Positions 42,321-45,391 of a DNA stretch of 45,391 nt are shown piece after piece (the first letter of the stretch is position 1; each line of letters opens with the position of its first letter). The stretch comes from a virus. The stretch lies in the IMG/VR virus record IMGVR_UViG_3300010397_000021, positions 1 through 45,391 of that record; one strand, written 5' to 3'. The position numbers were made by a program, and so were the translations under genes. The notes under the pieces are model-generated. The model saw nothing but the letters and a program-made list of their open reading frames with translations, did not search any database and was not told the origin of the DNA.

Positions 42321-43594
42321 CCGCTCAAACTAAAACAGTCATCAAGTCCTATTTTGAAACTGGTGACAAGCCAACTCAGGCACAATTTGCTGATATGATC
42401 GATAGTTATGTGGATAACAATCTTATCGATGTTTTTCTAATTGGCGGCCAGAGCAATGCGCAAGGATTTAGTATTACCGCTACTACCTCTCCGTCTGTGC
42501 CTTCTTCATCGGTATTGCAATATTATAATTCTACAATTTCTACCGCCAATGATCCCGTGGGAAATGCCAATGGCGGCAGCGCATGGCCTTCATTTGGTGT
42601 GGTTTATAATGCGGCCACTGGGCGTAAGATTTGTTTTGTGCCTGCAGCGGTAGGTGGCAGCTCTCAATGCGCAGCAGCAGATATAGGCAATGGAAATTGG
42701 GATACGACGGGTGCTTTATACACGACTTCTATAACGCTTTTGAACGCAGCCATCGCTGCGCTTACTGCGGCTGCTTATACTCCTGTATTTCGGGGAGTGC
42801 TGTGGTGTCAAGGCGAGACCGATGCTTTGGCTATCAAGGCGTCAACTATCACACAGGCTACATATAAAGCCGCTCTTATAGCAATGATTGCCAGATATCG
42901 GGCAACAACTATCAACGGGACTTCTTATCCGCAAATGCCATTCTATATTTCGTTGACGGGTCAAGATGCGAGCACTTCTTCTGATAACACCTATTATTCG
43001 CAAATACGCGTCGCGCAGGGACAAGTGGCGTCGGCTGATTTGCATACTAAAATAGCCTTTTCAAATGCTGTTGATTTCCCTGATTTAGGACTCTCGCAGA
43101 GCACGGTTCATTATACACAAGATGGCTATAATATGATGGGAGAGAGGATGGCTAGTGCCGTTATATCTGATCCTATGCTTAATTTTTATATCCCCACCAC
43201 ATCATGGACCCCTACCTTTACAACGGATGGCACGGTAGGCACGCCTGCTTATAGTTTCCAATCAGGAGATTATATTAAAATCGGCAATATGGTTACGGCT
43301 AGATTTGGATTGATTCTATCGAGTTGGGCTGGATCACCAACAGGAAATGTCTTAATAGGGGGCCTTCCATTTTCTCCTGCAACAACTTTAGGCGCCGGAA
43401 TATTTTCTAAAGTAGATAAGATCAATTATGGAAGCGCATCTTATACACAACTAGGGCTAATTCCAGTAGCGGGAGCGCGGATACTAAATATTTTTGCTTT
43501 CGGTTCTGGTTCCGGTGTTACCTCAAGTTTTGTGCCGGTATCAGGTGTGGCGACGACAGCAGGAGTTTTCGGACAGATAACATATTTTACTTGA
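42317..43594 (+). CDS. Tailspike with SGNH/DUF303 (sialate O-acetylesterase-like) domain, 425 aa
   Basis: N-terminal 'KSYFETGDKPTQAQFADMIDSYV' fibre anchor. 'FLIGGQSNAQG' (GQSN block) and 'VLWCQGETDA' (QGE-x-D block) match carbohydrate esterase DUF303. Confidence 0.7.
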   Translation: MTAQTKTVIKSYFETGDKPTQAQFADMIDSYVDNNLIDVFLIGGQSNAQGFSITATTSPSVPSSSVLQYYNSTISTANDPVGNANGGSAWPSFGVVYNAATGRKICFVPAAVGGSSQCAAADIGNGNWDTTGALYTTSITLLNAAIAALTAAAYTPVFRGVLWCQGETDALAIKASTITQATYKAALIAMIARYRATTINGTSYPQMPFYISLTGQDASTSSDNTYYSQIRVAQGQVASADLHTKIAFSNAVDFPDLGLSQSTVHYTQDGYNMMGERMASAVISDPMLNFYIPTTSWTPTFTTDGTVGTPAYSFQSGDYIKIGNMVTARFGLILSSWAGSPTGNVLIGGLPFSPATTLGAGIFSKVDKINYGSASYTQLGLIPVAGARILNIFAFGSGSGVTSSFVPVSGVATTAGVFGQITYFT

Positions 43595-43622
43595 AATAAC
43601 TCTCTTTTAGTCAGGAGAATCG

Positions 43623-43892
43623 ATGAACAAACCGCGCATAAAAATTGTAAAGCCTCTATCGTCTAATCAGGCATGGAAGAGGATTGCGATGCCTCTGCAT
43701 ATCGTTATAGCCATATTCGGGCTTATCAGCGCCAGCGCTGCTTGCCTGGCCTATGTAGGCATGTCGTCGCCTAATGATAGATTTATCAGGATCGAGGAAC
43801 GCCAGGATAAGACGGAAAGTGAGGTGCTGCCGCGTTTATATCGTATCGAGCAGAAGGTGGATATCATGTATGATTTGATGAAGAAGAAATAA
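43623..43892 (+). CDS. Membrane-anchored coiled-coil protein, 89 aa (lysis accessory?)
   Basis: TM 'MPLHIVIAIFGLISASAACLAYVG' followed by a charged helix. Confidence 0.5.
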   Translation: MNKPRIKIVKPLSSNQAWKRIAMPLHIVIAIFGLISASAACLAYVGMSSPNDRFIRIEERQDKTESEVLPRLYRIEQKVDIMYDLMKKK

Positions 43893-44042
43893 TCTTGTGA
43901 CCGGGTGTTAGTCAGCCGTTATGGCCATGACGCGTTTAGGTTTCCCCTGGACATTACGCCATCACCCGATCTCAAGACCTGCGGGTGACTAAGCCCATGG
44001 CGAATTAAATGGATAAATATTCCACTGTCAAGGAATGTGTTT

Positions 44043-44483
44043 ATGGAAAACTTATATGATCGCATAATCCGCCACGAAGGCAGCATGCGAATGGTCTATG
44101 ACGACGCTACGGGCCTTCCTATCGTCAAGGGATGTCAGGTAATGGGCAATCCCACTATAGGCGTAGGAAGACTGGTTTCGGCGCCAGGGGGCATATCTGA
44201 GGATGAAATAGCCTATCTGCTAAAAAACGACATCGACCATTGCCGGGCTATCGTTATCATTCGCTTGCCATGGATAAAAGAACTCAGCCAGAATCGCCAA
44301 GACGTGATTTATGAGATGGCATTCCAGCTAGGCATTAATGGGCTGATGCAGTTTAAAAATATGCTCAATGCCCTGCAATCGGGCAACTGGGATAAAGCGG
44401 CGCATGAAATGCTGGATAGCGCATGGCATAAGCAGACACCTGATCGCTGCGAAGAGCTAGCAAATCTTTTGTTGAGGGGGTAA
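44043..44483 (+). CDS. GH24 (T4-type) lysozyme/endolysin, 146 aa
   Basis: 'RIIRHEGSMRMVYDDATGLPIV...GNPTIGVGRL' carries the Glu/Asp/Thr triad spacing of T4 lysozyme. Start set at the ATG (track start is GTG). Confidence 0.85.
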   Translation: MENLYDRIIRHEGSMRMVYDDATGLPIVKGCQVMGNPTIGVGRLVSAPGGISEDEIAYLLKNDIDHCRAIVIIRLPWIKELSQNRQDVIYEMAFQLGINGLMQFKNMLNALQSGNWDKAAHEMLDSAWHKQTPDRCEELANLLLRG

Positions 44484-44486
44484 TTT

Positions 44487-44873
44487 ATGCCTGTTTGGTT
44501 GCAATTAGTTCCAGCTATTTCTTCCCTACTTGATCGGCTGATACCTGATCCGGCCGAACGCCAGAAAGAAATGGATAATCTCGCAGCGCTGGCCCAGCAA
44601 GCTGATGCTGCGCAATTGCAGGTAGACCAAGCTGAAGCACAGAATCCCAATCTATTCGTGGCCGGATGGCGTCCTTTTATTGGATGGATATGCGGCGTAG
44701 CATTTGCTTATCATTACGTCGCGGCACCGTTTACTATGTTTCTAATAAGCTGCTACCGAGGGATATGCGCAGAGCCTGTATTCGATATGGGCACTCTGGA
44801 AACAGTATTAATGGGCATGCTAGGGTTAGGCGGCCTTCGTACTATTGAAAAAATACAAGGCGCATCAAAATGA
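44487..44873 (+). CDS. Holin of 3 TMs (GTA-release holin family, DUF3154-like), 128 aa
   Basis: 'LDRLIPDPAERQKEM...QAEAQNPNLFVAGWRPFIGWICGVAFAYHYV' matches the family seen in RcGTA and alphaproteobacterial phages. Confidence 0.75.
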   Translation: MPVWLQLVPAISSLLDRLIPDPAERQKEMDNLAALAQQADAAQLQVDQAEAQNPNLFVAGWRPFIGWICGVAFAYHYVAAPFTMFLISCYRGICAEPVFDMGTLETVLMGMLGLGGLRTIEKIQGASK

Positions 44874-44989
44874 ACCTGATCCCCTATATTCTGCTCGCTG
44901 CCATGCTAATAGCGCTGACATCCTGCGCTGGATGCTGGAAATCTAACGCGAATTACTCATGCCCGTCGGTGTTTGAGGCGGTTGGCTGA
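44870..44989 (+). CDS. Small lipoprotein, 39 aa (spanin candidate; below ORF-track cutoff)
   Basis: ATGA overlap with the holin. Hand translation MNLIPYILLAAMLIALTSCAGCWKSNANYSCPSVFEAVG has lipobox LTSC. Confidence 0.5.
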   Translation: MNLIPYILLAAMLIALTSCAGCWKSNANYSCPSVFEAVG

Positions 44990-45063
44990 ACACTTTCTTC
45001 GTTAACCAACACTACTTATCAACTTTGTGCGGCTTCTAGCGAGTCTTTCCTATTGCATCTACA

Positions 45064-45391
45064 ATGGATGCTATGGAAAGCACAATATCAGTTAACCTAC
45101 TGTTCGACAAATATCTTGCCTGGTGTAAGACGCATCGCGCGCAACGCAGTCTCGAATGGTACGAAGGCCATATCAACGGTTTCCGCAGATTTCTTGGCGA
45201 TAATGCTAGCGTCCCTGCGCTTGAACTAAAGCCGTACCACATTGTTGAATGGATAGATGCTCATCCAAAGTGGGGTGACACCTATAAAGGCGGCGCCATC
45301 GTTGCCATTAAGCGCGTCTATAACTGGGCCGACGAGCTGGGCTATCTTGATGTTAATCCGATCAAGAAACTTAAAAAACCTCAGGCGCGTC
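45064..45391 (+). CDS. int: N-terminal part of the XerC/D-like tyrosine integrase (continues at nt 124 after removing the 123-nt duplication)
   Basis: ATG at 45064. 'MDAMESTISVNLLFDKYLAWCKTHRAQRSLEWYEGHINGFRRFLG...' is a SAM-like core-binding domain. No stop before the window end, and in frame with 3-659. Confidence 0.8.
   Translation, partial: MDAMESTISVNLLFDKYLAWCKTHRAQRSLEWYEGHINGFRRFLGDNASVPALELKPYHIVEWIDAHPKWGDTYKGGAIVAIKRVYNWADELGYLDVNPIKKLKKPQAR
45269..45391. repeat. Terminal duplication copy 2 (identical to 1-123)
   Basis: Same 123-nt string as the window start. Confidence 0.9.

Noticed and set aside
43960-43995. Hairpin tcacccg...cgggtga between the tail and lysis genes as a rho-independent terminator
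   Set aside because: The 7-bp stem is not followed by a T-run, so there is not enough evidence to call a terminator.
1-45391. CRISPR arrays, IS/transposase genes, retron or DGR reverse transcriptases, toxin-antitoxin pairs and restriction-modification genes
   Set aside because: I looked for regularly spaced repeats, DDE/RT/methylase motifs and paired small ORFs with nuclease folds. None were seen apart from the Vsr-like nuclease at 14730-15119, which has no methyltransferase partner.

Overview
The window is a complete, circularly closed genome of a temperate phage, about 45,268 bp. Its first 123 nt are identical to its last 123 nt, and the junction falls inside an intact tyrosine-integrase ORF.

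Layout:
- 45064->659: integrase 1.
- ~960-1210: attP region carrying a 3' fragment of tRNA-Lys(UUU), flanked by four TGTACCATAG repeats.
- 1215-12998, minus strand: integrase 2, a DUF4224 Xis-like gene, then a long chain of about 40 small early genes coupled by ATGA/TAATG overlaps. These include a Rad52-like annealase, a small protein with an SSB-type tail, a DUF551 protein and a truncated RF2-like protein. The chain is interrupted by a 460-nt GC-rich, ORF-free, hairpin-rich gap.
- 13029-14019: immunity switch with three copies of the palindromic operator ATACA-N3-TGTAT overlapping two sigma70-like promoters, an XRE-type repressor and a Cro-like gene.
- 14026-17730, plus strand: Vsr-like nuclease, a putative replication organiser containing internal iteron-like repeats, TerS-like and TerL.
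- 17727-24350: a 6.6-kb AT-richer island wedged between TerL and portal. It encodes sugar-nucleotide, methyltransferase and glycosyltransferase genes, including a Maf/DUF115-like fusion.
- 24242-43594: portal, GroES homologue, scaffold, HK97-like capsid, LamG fibre, tail and ejection proteins and an SGNH-esterase tailspike. No tape measure, tube or sheath gene was recognised, so the virion looks podovirus-like.
- 43623-44989: lysis cassette with a GH24 lysozyme, a GTA-type 3-TM holin and a small lipoprotein.

The best candidate for an undescribed system is the glycan island embedded in the late operon. The GGQ-less mini-RF2 and the structured non-coding gap are secondary candidates.

All functional calls come from motif recognition by eye; no database search was run. 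An alphaproteobacterial host is only an inference from the holin family.
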